A model generated the notes under the pieces. The model did not search any database and was not told the origin of the DNA. It saw only the letters and a list, made by a program, of their open reading frames with translations. The translations under genes were made by a program, and so were the position numbers. 64,000 nucleotides of DNA, taken from contig CM120649.1 in assembly GCA_051362555.1 (NCBI GenBank), positions 6,200,001 to 6,264,000 on the forward strand, in the 5' to 3' direction. The DNA is from Lingula anatina (taxonomy: Eukaryota; Animalia; Brachiopoda). This document shows positions 11,591-23,965 of this stretch, piece after piece; the first letter of the stretch is position 1, and each line of letters begins with the position of its first letter.

Positions 11591-13145
11591 GTATTTAATG
11601 TGGATTCAAACATACTGAAGTGGTCGCTAACACTAGTTCCTAGTTTTAATAATATATAATAATTAAAATTGCATTGTGCATTTATATGATGGCCATGCAT
11701 GTCATATTCTGCCTTCAGTTCGTGCTTGTACGCACTGCATGTGTTTGCAAATGCCAGAATCTGTTGATTTTTTAGTCAAATGACGGAATGTGCTTTCTTT
11801 TGCAACTAACCCAATGGGAAATACATTGAATGAAAATAGATACTTTAAGATCATTATCATCGTTGCTTTCCTAAGCTTCATATGAACTCAGTAACGCAAC
11901 TATGTTGATTAAATTGGCCCGGTATATCATTTACTGATACAGTATAAAAGGTCAGTCACAAAGTGGGTGCAACAGCACAAGTGTACATCTAAACCCATCC
12001 CATGAGAGATCCGTCCATTTTATCTCAGTGACCTTCTGTTGTCCAAACAGAGAATTAAAGAGTCCGAAGTCGGCAGTCCAGTGTCACAATGACTTGGTCA
12101 CACCGTTTCCTTATACATGTACAGCGGTGTATGTGCCGCGCATTGCTGTTGCTTACCCGAACCAATCCTTCTTGCTAAGACAGTCTTCCATGAGGCGGGT
12201 AAGTGATACCTTAGGTTCATGATCAAGCAAGATGACCGTTATCATTACAGACAATCGAAGGAGGCACTCGGTCTACAAATATGTACATGTACCCGTGCGA
12301 GCCCATAGCATCAAACAGATTGGCAGTTCCTGTAACAATTTCGCCACGGGTTATGGCCTCGTGTAGTACGTGGCATTCCATCTCAAGTCGCTGGTTGGTA
12401 CAGTGAATGTGGTATCTTGTTGTGGATCGCGTTCGAGACTATATCACCTTAAATCGGTTTGACCATATTCATTACTTAACAAAATGCGGATATTAAACGC
12501 CAACTATAACGTTTAAATAAATCTATACTTATAATATATACACTGTACATTAATAATTTTATACTAATAGTAACGGCACCCACGCGTGATATAGCGGGGG
12601 GTGTCATGGGATCCAATATAGCAGTGAGTATACCGGGGTATATACCCTATGTAAGGCTTGAGATAGGTAGGTTATACACCGTGATACGTATACGTTATAC
12701 CGCATGGTACGGTGAAATGGGATCTTTGGGGGAATACAAGGTCAACAAATCACATATCTATGTACGGCCAGTCAAGGACCAATACCCTGCGCAGATGTGG
12801 CATAGGCCTATGCATTTCCACATCTGCCAAAGCTGCATATGCACACATTCACTGTATCTCTACCAGAAAGCACATAAACTCAGTACAGAGTACCGTCATC
12901 AAGGATAAGGGCACCTCATCAGAGGACCAATAGGTGCATCATCGCCCCTTGTACACCAACGCATGATATACAACGGAGAAGCCGATCAGTGTTCCGTTTT
13001 CGTCCTCTTGTATACCTGTTACACACAGGACGTCCATGTGCCTGATTTAATAAATGGACTTTTAATTTGACCTAAAAGTAATGCAAAGAGATTAAACAAT
13101 TATTGACGACAGACTGCTGTGTACTAATTCAGTTTATTTCATTTT

Positions 13146-13181
<36 letters not shown>

Positions 13182-13249
13182 TTTTTCAATGGAGCACCAT
13201 GTTACCCTAGGTTACTTACTCAAATGCTTTCAAACATGTTTCAGGAGAT

Positions 13250-14572
13250 ATGATTCAGCTTCGGTGGTGGATTTTCCGCACGTGTCGGTTCCTCTTTAGT
13301 TTAGCACAGCGCATTTGGTGGCAATGTAACGGCACCGCTAACACACTGCGACTTGCAAGGAATGGTCAACTGTACGAGCAATCTGCCCAGGTTAAAAACA
13401 TCATATGGAAATGCAAATTAGACCCTTCACGAGAAGCAGAGTTGGACAAATTCATTGCCACCCACAGTTATTTCGCACATCCGCGGTGCATAATGGGGGA
13501 AAATATCACGCTGATTTACGTCGATGAGAAAGAGGTTTTGTTTGTTGAAACGCCCAAGACAGTAGACATCTACAGTTCTGAGCTTAACCCTTTTATGTAC
13601 ATGGCACAGTTTGATTATGCTACTCGTTTAATTGTACTGCCTATTTCGTCATTTCATAGAATCGCCGCTGAAATCGGTGATCCAAAAGGTGATGTGCTGT
13701 TACTCTCTAACACAGGGCGATGCGGATCTACGGCAGTCACGCAAATTCTCGAATCGGTCCCGAGAGTTGTGTCTATGAGCGAACCAGGCGGGTACACAAG
13801 TCTGAATATCATCATGAAACGGACCTCCCGCGAGGAATTTGAAAGGCACGTGAGGAGCGTAGTTCGACTCACGTGCAAACCGATGCAGGATAGCAACCCT
13901 CGACTCATTTGTATCAAACCAAGAGCTGAGAATTTTGTTTTTGCGGACATAGTGGCGCGCGTTGTACCACAAATCAAACATCTATTCTTATATCGGAACG
14001 GCAAAGAAACCGTCCAGTCGTATTACCATGCCTTCGCTTCTCTTCCACAAACCAAACGCTCGCATGCTTTGCAAACGAGCCGCATTGCCCACTACCTTTT
14101 TCCGCACCTGGCCCGATTCCAATGGGACCTGGGAGTCGACACGGAAACGTACCCGTGGTTGGGGGACACCGAGCTGGTGGCGCGTGTTTCCATTATAGGA
14201 TATTACGTCGCGAGCTGGGCAACCATATGCGCTAATTACCGCAGATTCAAACAGAACGGCATGGCCATTAAATCCTTCAAGTATGAAGATTTGATGGAGA
14301 ATCCGCACCACGCCTGTAAGCTACTGCTGCAATACTGCGACTTGCCAGTGGAGTCTGCTTCAGAAGCTTGCAAGGCCATGGATCGCGACTCCCAGAAAGG
14401 GATGTACGTAACTAACTTGGACACGCTTGGAAAAAAAGGGCGGGGCTACCTTATTGATTGGACAAAAGAGGTCCAATCAGAAGCAGATTTATTTTGCGAC
14501 CGCCTAGGTGTTGCACGGATCGGAGAAACGAGTGTGTTGCCAGACACTATTTCTTCCACTGGCGTCAAGTGA
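13250..14572 (+). CDS. Sulfotransferase-fold protein, 440 aa, single coding exon (paralog 3)
   Basis: Same motifs as paralog 2 (LSNTGRCGSTAVTQ, HLFLYRNGKETVQS, KYEDLMENP, LPDTISS). TATAAAA at ~11943, UTR donor GG|GTAAGT at ~12198 and acceptor TTTCAG at 13244. Confidence 0.85.
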   Translation: MIQLRWWIFRTCRFLFSLAQRIWWQCNGTANTLRLARNGQLYEQSAQVKNIIWKCKLDPSREAELDKFIATHSYFAHPRCIMGENITLIYVDEKEVLFVETPKTVDIYSSELNPFMYMAQFDYATRLIVLPISSFHRIAAEIGDPKGDVLLLSNTGRCGSTAVTQILESVPRVVSMSEPGGYTSLNIIMKRTSREEFERHVRSVVRLTCKPMQDSNPRLICIKPRAENFVFADIVARVVPQIKHLFLYRNGKETVQSYYHAFASLPQTKRSHALQTSRIAHYLFPHLARFQWDLGVDTETYPWLGDTELVARVSIIGYYVASWATICANYRRFKQNGMAIKSFKYEDLMENPHHACKLLLQYCDLPVESASEACKAMDRDSQKGMYVTNLDTLGKKGRGYLIDWTKEVQSEADLFCDRLGVARIGETSVLPDTISSTGVK

Positions 14573-16784
14573 TATTCTCCGAAACTAAGTTAAATAACAC
14601 GCTCTGAGAAATGCCAAGGTATTTTGAAAACAATAAAAGCAATGAGGTACAACCGTTTGACTGAAACCCAAGATGACCGTCACGCACACCTGGTAAATGC
14701 GCCAGTCATTTCAAAATACCCAGCTTATATATCAAGCTTTCAAATATTAGGGTATCACTGCAACGGTCTACGTTCTGTAAACATCGATTTTTTATAAGGT
14801 GACGGAAACTTATAAATGTCGAGAAAAGAGGACATACAGGTATGAGCTCTCGCAAGAAATAAACGTGTAGAATGACACGACTTTTTTAATGGTTAAACAA
14901 TCTTATTTGGCATTTTCTTAAAATTTTGTTTAAAAAAAAGAGACATCAAAATAAACAGTTATATGTATTACAAAATATGTATTTCTTTTCACGGCAAACA
15001 AATTTAACAAATATAAGCCAACTCTAAGAACATACAAAGAATTAACAGTCTATAAAACCCCGGAAAACACCCGGATTAAGGGAAACTGAACAGTGTGGAC
15101 TCAAGCTTAAATAAAAGAGAAATATAAACAAATACTAATACTAATAATGACAATAATTATAATGAGGATTGCCCATAAACACCAAACAAAATCCATCACG
15201 TCTTCTTCCATTCAGCCGAATTTCTATCATTTTGAAGCACAGGAATATAAAGCCTTTGTTCACAATTAGTTACAGGCTAGATCACAATTACAGCATCATG
15301 GCTGAACAAACAAGACACTACAAAGAAAAACAAAATAAAAAAAAAATAATACTTTTTCCATTGCACATTTTGCATTGCTTTTGATTGTTACATGCTTGAG
15401 CACAGATTTTAAAGGGGTAACAACTTTTCATCCGAGATTCGAAATTCCAAAATACACGAATTGTAAACAACACTAGAAATAAAGCATTTACCACCAAAAC
15501 GGCGGTTAGCGCAATTATTCTGAAATGTGTGCTTGCCGTCGGGCCACGTGGACCTTCACATATGGCTACCCTCCGTAACACTCTCTTAAGTGATTATTAC
15601 AAAAAAAAAAAGATAAATAAAAAATAATCGATTAACTTTGAATGTTTGAACGGATTTATTTACCACTGGTAAGAGTGGGAAGTTCGTTGTTTACCTCAGG
15701 AAAATCCGTTTTTTGGCACTTGCCCTGCCAAAATGTTTGTAAAAAAAGAAAAAATGTCATTCCTAAACATTCTTCTCTCTGCCAGATGCTGTCCATCTGA
15801 TGACGTAGCTGATGAGCAGATCTTGTCGAACAAAAATTTGAATAGCCAGAGAAATATATGTGAATACTGTATATAGTGACATCTGGCAGAGAAATATTTG
15901 AGAATATCCAGTGACATCTGGCAGAGAAATATATGTGAACATATGCGTCTCATGAAAAATCATTGTACATGTAAGGTCAAATGATACATCAAAAACAAAT
16001 CACCAATTCATAGGCGACTGACGCATAAAAAACAAGATGCATTTACATAACATATTACATCTGTTGTATAAAGTAGCAAAGCAATCTATACTCCAATAAC
16101 TGAACCTTTTTCACAAAAAAATGGACAAAACACAATAAATATACAAAAATGACAATATATTTGTTTGTCTCTATCTCTGCCTTAATAATTGTAGCCTTAT
16201 ACCTATATTTATTATACTGCCATAGGTGACACACAAAAAAAAAAAAAGAAAACTGTTGAGTATTTCCCCTTTAAACAGCCTGCACTTATATCCCCTATCA
16301 AACTTTTTCAAGAGCAGTAAAGTGTACATTACATTTGCCATGCGATATATGCACGATGCCCTTATATCCCTTTTTGCGATCGTATGTCAGTAGAAGGCGG
16401 CCGTACGAAACAGTACGGTTTCACGGCCTACGCAGCCTCTACGATTTTGTCAAGCTAAAACTTTTGACAATTCTCTAAAATCGCAAACCCGTAGGAAGCA
16501 GCAATATTGTAGTTAGCATTGCACAGTTCCCTTACGGACATTATTGTTCTGTGGACTTGCGGTGATCGTGAACATGGATGCACCTATTATTGGTTTCTTT
16601 CCCGTCCACCTTCTGGTGAATTAAGCAGCTAGGAGGCATAACAATAGTGGAGATATTTAGTTCAACGCACTTGAATATGAAGCTGTGCGTTTCCCTATTC
16701 TGACCTCGTGGGTTCTAAAAACGACCCCCGTGGCAATTGTAATGTACGTTTTGCAAAGGTTAAAGTATGTTGCTATGGTAGAGA

Positions 16785-18422
16785 TTACTTCGTAGGTCTG
16801 GTAACCATGGCAATGTCAGGAGGAATGATGCTGCGTAGTTGGGAGACAGCGGTGTTCACTATGCCACTAGTCAAATCCAAGAGCCTTGAAAGGAGAGAAT
16901 GTTTTGAAAATGTCAAGCCTCTGCACAGATCATATCATCCATTTCTTGTACATGATCATATTATTTTAAAACAACTTTCGCATGTTATTTCAAAGACTAA
17001 CTGAAAGCATACAAAGGCAAATTTTATCCATCTTTTAAAACAAGCAAAACTAAGCAATATTTTGTCAACATTTCTGTTGGCGTACTTATGTAATGATCAA
17101 TCTGTTTTTGAACTAAGTTATTTTACTGCACAACTGGTAGTCGATGACATAAATAAATAAATAAATAAATTTCTTTTTTTTTTCACAGGCTTACCTGTCT
17201 AGAGAAAATAACTTATATACTAGTACAGTTTATACAATAATCAAAACTTACCACTGTTTTTGCTGTTGAGTAACATGTGGGGTATCCCCAGAACTGTTTA
17301 TTGTGTTCTTCACATGTTTAAAGTTGTCTTCGATGCTTTTTTGATATGGCTGCAGGAAAGTGCATTTCTTCAAGGCATTTGTGCATATAGATTGCTGGAA
17401 GATAGATAGATTATTTTGTTTAATTGATTAATGAATTTAATCTTAATTTAAATTTAAAATTTAATCTTAATTTTTTTCTTAAATTTGGTTCCTAAAACCC
17501 ACTACATTAACCATCAGAGGGCCATGGGTCAGAGGGATCTTACTTAAAGTGTTTTATCTGTTTTCAATAAAATAATAAAAATAGCAAATATTATAATTAT
17601 TATTTTAATATTATTTTTATTGCTGGATAAAGAGACAAAGGGTAGCACTGTTGTAAATCAACCTTTCTTCTTGACTGATTTTTGACCTTATGATTGACCA
17701 TGAATGCTGATAGATTCTTGCTTACTATGCACATATATATATATACGTAATGTTAAACGCATATACTTTTGATGCAACTATGAAGATCTACTATAAAGAT
17801 CTAACAGTAGTGTATATATATATATATATGTGTGTGTAATTGTTGTAATAGTAGTAATATTATAGCAGTATATGTCATATAAGTAATGTTATAGTAGATC
17901 TTCATAGATGCATCATTAATGATTATGATAACTTATTTATATCTTGAAGACCTATACAGTAATTTGATATGAATCTTCACGCATACCTTTGGTGACAAAT
18001 GCATTCTATAGTATAGCACCAATTGTTTGGATACTTACATAGAGTAATGCTATTTGGTGAGCCACATATTTATGATTGGTGATATTGGCTATGTCGCTAT
18101 TCAACTGGTGGGCCATATTGACGACTTGATTCAGTTTACACAGAACTGTAATGTGATCTGAAAAATGCATACATACACTGATACACATGTACATATACCA
18201 GTATATATAAAACTTGTATACAATATTCAGACTGGTCGGTTTTTTAAATATTCACTTCTTTTTAGAACATATAATGATATTTCAATTTGAAAGATGAATT
18301 GACCAAATGGATAGTACTGATCATGAGTGACCAAGAAATTGCTAAGCATAATGTACATTTATAAAGAAAGGCAAACACCCATGCACTCTCACTTACAAGT
18401 GCACACATACAAACACTGTGAC

Positions 18423-18465
<43 letters not shown>

Positions 18466-21400
18466 TGCACACACACTAACATGTTTTATCTCTCACAAGT
18501 GCATCCACACACACACATACACACACGCACACACAATACACACACACACACACACATACATACATGCACACAAGGTAAGACATGTTCTCACTCTTGTTCT
18601 CCCTCTACCAGTGTGTATCTCTCTCTCACTAACACACAGACACAATAGATGTTACAAAACACCTAGTGTATGTTACCTGACATCAAAGAGCATTGCGATC
18701 TAGTTGTAGTTGGCACTGCTTTGGGCAGAGATATTAATTCCAGTGCACGTGGATAGATCCCTTGAAGACCAAGATGATCTAAATAATCCTGGAATTAAAG
18801 AAAAAAATGTGCAATTCTCAATGCAAGTCGATGATTCAATAAAAGATGACCTCATACCAATTGTACATACTTTATGACTAAAGGTTATATACAAAATTCT
18901 TTGCTAAATACTATGTTAATTCATTTATTAATATAACCACCTTAAAAAAATAGTATAATTTTTTAAAAAGACGAATAAAGTATATAAGATAAAATGAGAT
19001 TGAATTAAATGAAATACATAAAATTACATAGCGGGAAAAAGAAAATTAATTTAAAAGCTTTGAAAAGTAGTCCCACAAGCATATATTCCTTAATTTGTCT
19101 GTACTGATATCTGGGTATAACAGATAACAACTCTGGGACAGAAAGAAAAAAAGAAAAAAAAATCCAAAGGAATATGAACATGTATCAGATAATAAGAATA
19201 CCTACTATTAGTTGATATTGGCAGTATGCGCTCCTACACAAAACATTCTCCATTCTGTCTATTAAGATCATGGCTGAAAAGAAATTATTTGTTTAAAAAA
19301 AATACTTAGGTTCTACCTAGTATGTTGTACTCAGAAATAATTTCAAAAAATCTTTAAAAAGCTTAAAAATACATGGTGCACTCCCGTGTATTTGCATTGT
19401 TTCCCTAAACTTAATATGTATATCCAAAAACAAATTTGTTCTAATTTAAAACTTAAACTGAATTTGACAGAAAAAAATATAAATTAGATATTTTACCTTT
19501 TGTTTCAAATGCATTTGAAATTTGTCCAGATGGGGTTCTTGATAGTGGTTTCTGATAAAAAAGAGAATTATGTAGTTATCATTTTTAGTTTACTATTATT
19601 TTTTTATGTTGAAAGCAATCTATGTTTCGTACATGCACTAGTAGATCACCCTGAGCTTCAGAGCTAACTTGACACTAACCTTTTCACTGTAGCCTATCTC
19701 CATCGTGTCACGATGAAGATAGGCTACAGTGAAAAGGTTAGTGTCAAGTTAGCTCTGAAGCTCAGGGTGTAGTAGATGCACAATTATCCTCTTTTCAATT
19801 CTATGCATGCACTTAGTCACACTGCCATTACGTTAGATAAGGAGACCAAATGGGAAAAATTTCACTCTCCATTTGTAAATGTGCATTACAGCATACAAAA
19901 AAAAAAAAAAAAAAATCATAACTGAGATTTCATGCCTCTAGCATGTTTTTCAATGACTTTTTAATGGACTTTTAGAAATGAACTGAATTTTTTTTTTTTA
20001 TTATACATAAATCAAATTATTTTTATTAACATTTTCCTTTCTTTATCTCAAATTTTGCATTGCAAACTTAAAATATATTTGTACACATTATGATTTGAAT
20101 TTAGACAATTATAAATAGTAGTATAATAAGTATCCTTATAATGTGATAAGCCCTACCTTTTCATTTGTTGTGCCTCTTCTATCCTGAAGTTCCATCTCCT
20201 TTAGACAGAGAAAGTCCAACTGGGCACACAGGGCTGTTACTTCAATGGTGGGGTCCACAGCATTGCCTCTCTTAAAGTTTGTCAGCATGGACTCATTCAG
20301 GAGGACTTCCACTGAGGAGATTAAAATCTTGGGTTATTATTCATCCTCAACCTTACTGTAGGTATAAATTGTTAATATGCATTTATTCATTTTACTTGTT
20401 TATTCATTTTGTTACTATAATTATTTGCATGGAAAAGTTGTTCAGGTGGCGCAGGGTTGCTTCCTTTGATATGGTTTCTTTCCACATGATGGAGACTGGT
20501 GGGCAAAGAAAACTTTAAGGCCTACTGTGCTCTAGGAACACATAGCGTTCACTGCTTTTTTTACAGTATAAAAACTATAAATCGACGTCAAAAAATTGTT
20601 CTTTTTAAGTTTTAGAGAGAAAAGATGAGATTTAGATGAGAAAATTCTGATTGGTCAGTTTCTAGTGACGTAACCTGGGTAGTAGCTTCCCACAGCTGTA
20701 CTAGTAATAGTATATACTATGCAGTAGGTGTCAGAAAAACAAAATGCCGCAAAGTTGTGTTGTTCCCGGGTGCCGTAATGTAGGTTACGATAAGAAAGAC
20801 ATCTGCTATTATATCCTGCCTGCGGATGCCGCAAAACGTAAAATTTGGCTCAATTCTCTGAAGTTAAAAAATCCCAACACAGTGTCAAAACACGCGAGGA
20901 TCTGTAGCGACCACTTCGAGCCGGAATGCTTCGTAGTGACCTGCGAGCTGAATTGTGCGGTGGAAAAGCACGGAGAAAACTAAAAGATGATGCTGTTCCC
21001 AGTATATTCGATTTTTCGGAGTACCAAAATGCGACAGTAAATGCCAGAGCGCTGCCGACGAGAGGCTTACCTGTAGGATGTGTGCATGATGCGGCCGTCG
21101 AAAGGAAGAAGAGAGCAGCTTCTAGAGCCCAAAAAAAGTTCGTAGCAGAATTACGTTGTCGAATTTTTTGGTTATGTTAGTGAAAACTTTAATATTAACA
21201 TGATAGTGGACTCAAATTTTTCCTCGACATACTGCTGCACTGATCACGTGGAAGGCGGAAGTAGCGAGGTAAGTTGCAGAGGTGTGAAATGTAGTGTGCG
21301 ATGCTATCAGTCCAATATCTTTGGCCTTTTGTCCACTGACCTGGCTCTCCACTGACACTGGTAAACTGCACGGGTGTGAAAAATAATGTTAGCTGTCACA

Positions 21401-22987
21401 CCTGCATTATAAGGTAACTTTCTCTTATCAGTCGGGATAAGAACGTTCAGCCGACGCGACAGATGGGCATGTGTGAAAAACTATGTTCGCTGCCCTGCTT
21501 CCAAACCTTTACTGTTAACGTAGTATTTTGTTGGTTAATAAATGTATTTTGTTGGTTAATAAATGATAACCACGTAGGGAATTCATCTTCTTTTGTGTAT
21601 CTATCTTCAAAAGTTTGAATTTATAAATGATCATGTAGTAATCAATTGCGTGTATCGCTTTTAGTTTGCACTGCTAGCAAGCGGAAAGCTGAATATGTAT
21701 GGCTTTCTGAGCCTCGACGCAAGTGACGTCACTCGCCTCAAAGCGCCACCACGCGGGAGTATCATAAACTAAATTCACACACACCTGCATAAAATCGGCT
21801 TTAAAAACTAAATAAACGTAAGAACTTTTTTTTTCATTACTCAAAAATGACTTTTGGGCACCTAATGGATAGTTTTAACCCGTTTTTTCATCACAGTATA
21901 CCTTTAAGATGCAACCATGGGCTTCAGCAGCTTAGGGGTGCAAAGTGATTTCTTGAAGCGTTGTCTCCTTTGCTGGGAGGATTTCCTTTCCCAATCGTTG
22001 AAACCCACAAGAAAATCTTTATATATATCCATTTGCTACACATAGTTAACATTTGCCTCTGTGCATAAATGCCCTCTCTACATCTTCATAATAATTGCAA
22101 ATGAGTTTCTCTGGGCGTGAATCTAACAACTTGGGTATGTCAAGTTGCTTCCAACCTGTTTTCAACTTCAAAATATGGTTCAACGATTCGCAATAAGTCC
22201 AAGACCATCCATGTGCAACTTCGCATCTTCGCATCAGGTTGTCCCTGATGATAAGCAGTATCTGCTCTACAAAATAAACTTCAAATGCTGGGGCAATGTT
22301 TCTTATACAAACAGGTACTAGTACTTCTTTTTTCCTTCTTCAAATATGGGCCAGTTGTAGAATTTGTAAGTTGAAGGTACCCAAATAACAAGGAAATGTG
22401 TTGTCCTCTTTCTTCCAAGGATACGCCAGTTTTGTTTCAAATGCTGCTGGCATGAAATTAGTTTTGATTCTGTGAAGGCAAATCAACCTGTTTTTCAAAC
22501 AGATTCTTCCTCATCTGATCCAATTAGTTACCCAGGCTGTGTCAAGTATCCAGCTAGTTCAAGTTCAATAGTGGGGAAAAAAGCCGTGTAAGTTTTCCAA
22601 TCCCAGTTAACATGGAGGCCTGGGCATAGAAAAATTGGACTAAAGTTTGAGCTGGCATTGCCCTTGTTATAATCAGTATTTTGTCATTACTGAAAGCTGT
22701 TCTCATGTTCTCAAAATATCGCAGTTACCTAGCTTGTTAAAAGCCAGTAACTTAAACTGAAAAGGTCCACTTCACTTGAAAAGTCAGAAGATCAATAATT
22801 CGTCTAAACAAAAGACGACATTCGACCATATACAACACAAATACCCTTTATTGATTTGGCTCTAGTTATTTTACATACGTTTCATAAATAAATCCCTTAT
22901 GCAAAACACAATAAAAATCTCCATACCTTTATATCTTGGATCATATTGTTGTAGGTCGGCAACGGGATTCATGAAGGCAGCTGTCAT
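16785..22987 (-). CDS. Uncharacterised protein, 8 exons, 270 aa
   Basis: Exons 22987-22927, 20311-20157, 19551-19497, 19273-19206, 18788-18677, 18157-18039, 17394-17252, 16884-16785. All junctions are GT-AG and phase-compatible, giving an 813-nt open frame: MTAAFMNPVADLQQYDPRYKVEVLLNES...EVTALCAQLDFLC...KLNQVVNMAHQLNSDIANITNHKYVAHQIALLYQS...YQKSIEDNFKHVK...QWLLDLTSGIV...RPTK*. Confidence 0.85.
17770..17915. mobile_element. Small inverted-repeat element (MITE-like)
   Basis: Inverted repeats TGATGCAACTATGAAGATCTACTATAA and TTATAGTAGATCTTCATAGATGCATCA around a (TA)n/(TG)n core. Confidence 0.6.
19647..19769. mobile_element. 123-bp fully palindromic MITE with 8-bp target-site duplication (hAT/P-like)
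   Basis: 61-bp arms CACCCTGAGCTTCAGAGC...CATCGTG, a 1-nt centre and one mismatch. Flanked by TAGTAGAT at 19639-19646 and 19770-19777. Confidence 0.9.
20519..21903 (+). mobile_element. Kolobok-like non-autonomous DNA transposon carrying a THAP-domain remnant
   Basis: TTAA at 20515-20518 and 21904-21907. Imperfect TIRs (A)GGCCTACTGTG / CACAGTATACCT. Internal THAP ORF. A TTAA TSD plus THAP domain is characteristic of Kolobok. Confidence 0.75.
20744..21180 (+). pseudogene. THAP zinc-finger (C2CH) ORF with a frameshift near 20932
   Basis: MPQSCVVPGC...P...RKIW...ICSDHFEPECF in one frame, then RSDLRAELCGGKARRKLKDDAVPSIF (AVP box) in the shifted frame. No DDE transposase follows. Confidence 0.85.
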
Positions 22988-23189
22988 TTTGAAAACTGTA
23001 CTTACTGTCCATCGATATAGATTTTAGTGATGCTGCCATCAAGACGAGCTATACGGATATCTTTGTTGCGCGTTCCCGTCTTATTAACACGGTTTAACCC
23101 AAAGATTCAAAGTTACGGTACCGGTAATTTTAGACAGCAATCGCTATGTGATATGACTTTGAATGTTTCTATGTATCCACACTGTCTAG

Positions 23190-23250
23190 TTATTATTATT
23201 ATAATTATTATTATTATTATTATTATTACTACCACTACTTCTACTACTAC

Positions 23251-23281
<31 letters not shown>

Positions 23282-23303
23282 GTTGTTGTTGTTGTTGTTG
23301 TTG
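23190..23303. repeat. Compound trinucleotide microsatellite (ATT)n(ACT)n(ATT)n(GTT)n
   Basis: Directly visible. It explains the spurious poly-I/T/V ORF 23027-23347. Confidence 0.95.
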
Positions 23304-23709
23304 TAAGAATCGCGAATCATTTTATGCCTTCATTCTCAACATTATGAGAGGGCGATGAACGAAAATACCGGCTGCAAAAGTATGCATTTTAATAAATTTA
23401 GCCTCTAATTTGGGTGACCAAGGACGGCGCGTGTGCATGGAGGCGGGGAGACCATCAGCGGATAAGTCGGCTCTTCTTTCATGTAGAGTCCGGCATATCT
23501 GATCCGTGGATCACTAGATCTTCGGATCTTTTTTTCGAAATAGCTTCATGCATGTACAGGGTAACTTCAAATTCATACAATGGAGTTGAATTCATTTTAA
23601 ACACCTTCTAAAAATATTGATATACCTCCTAAAACCACAAAGGGGCAAAGGAAAAGAGGATCACAGAAAGTTCAACAAAATGATAGGACCATGCCGTACA
23701 TGTTCAACC

Positions 23710-23965
23710 CAGGGACGGATCAAGGGTTATTTGGAAGGGTGGGGGGAGAGAGCTGGGAATGACAAGCCTCGAATGAGTAGTTGACCCTCGCCCCCTTGGC
23801 TTGGAGGGCTCGCTCAAAGGCCCCGGAAAATTTTGGTGTTTTGAAGGGCAAACGGTGCCATTTGGTACGTCTAATAAATGTGATTCGGCTAGTCAAAAGT
23901 CTAATTTCAAAAGAGGAATTTTTGTTAGGTTTATTTTTCAGAAACCGAAGGGGAGGGGGGTCAAG
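23710..23965 (+). repeat. Dispersed GC-rich element (CAGGGGCGGATCCAGG-type end); homologous inverted copy at 46318-46584
   Basis: Shared core GGC(A/G)AACGGTGCCATTTGGTACG...GTCAAA...ATTTCAA...GAAGGGG with poly-G tracts. Confidence 0.65.

Larger units (their letters stand above)
20435..22500 (-). pseudogene. Decayed transposase-like ORF (possibly Mutator-like), split by the Kolobok-like insertion
   Basis: 22.0-22.3 kb translates as APAFEVYFVEQIL...WTYCESLNHILKLKTGWK...YEDVERAFMHRGK. On the other side of the insertion (~20440-20490) is PSCGKKPYQRKQ. Both resemble motifs I recall from TE-derived proteins (NNNCESLNH; GKKPxQRKR). Stops and frameshifts are present. Confidence 0.55.

Noticed and set aside
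13654-14424. Overlapping antisense and alternate-frame ORFs within sulfotransferase paralog 3 (similarly in paralogs 1 and 2 and the SMB gene)
   Set aside because: Shadow ORFs of real coding sequence with no independent motifs.
15795-15835. CTGATGA motifs as a hammerhead ribozyme core
   Set aside because: No stem II followed by GAAA. The motifs sit next to a small tandem/inverted repeat patch (15770-15945).
23027-23347. 106-aa ORF with poly-I/T/V
   Set aside because: It is the translation of a compound microsatellite.
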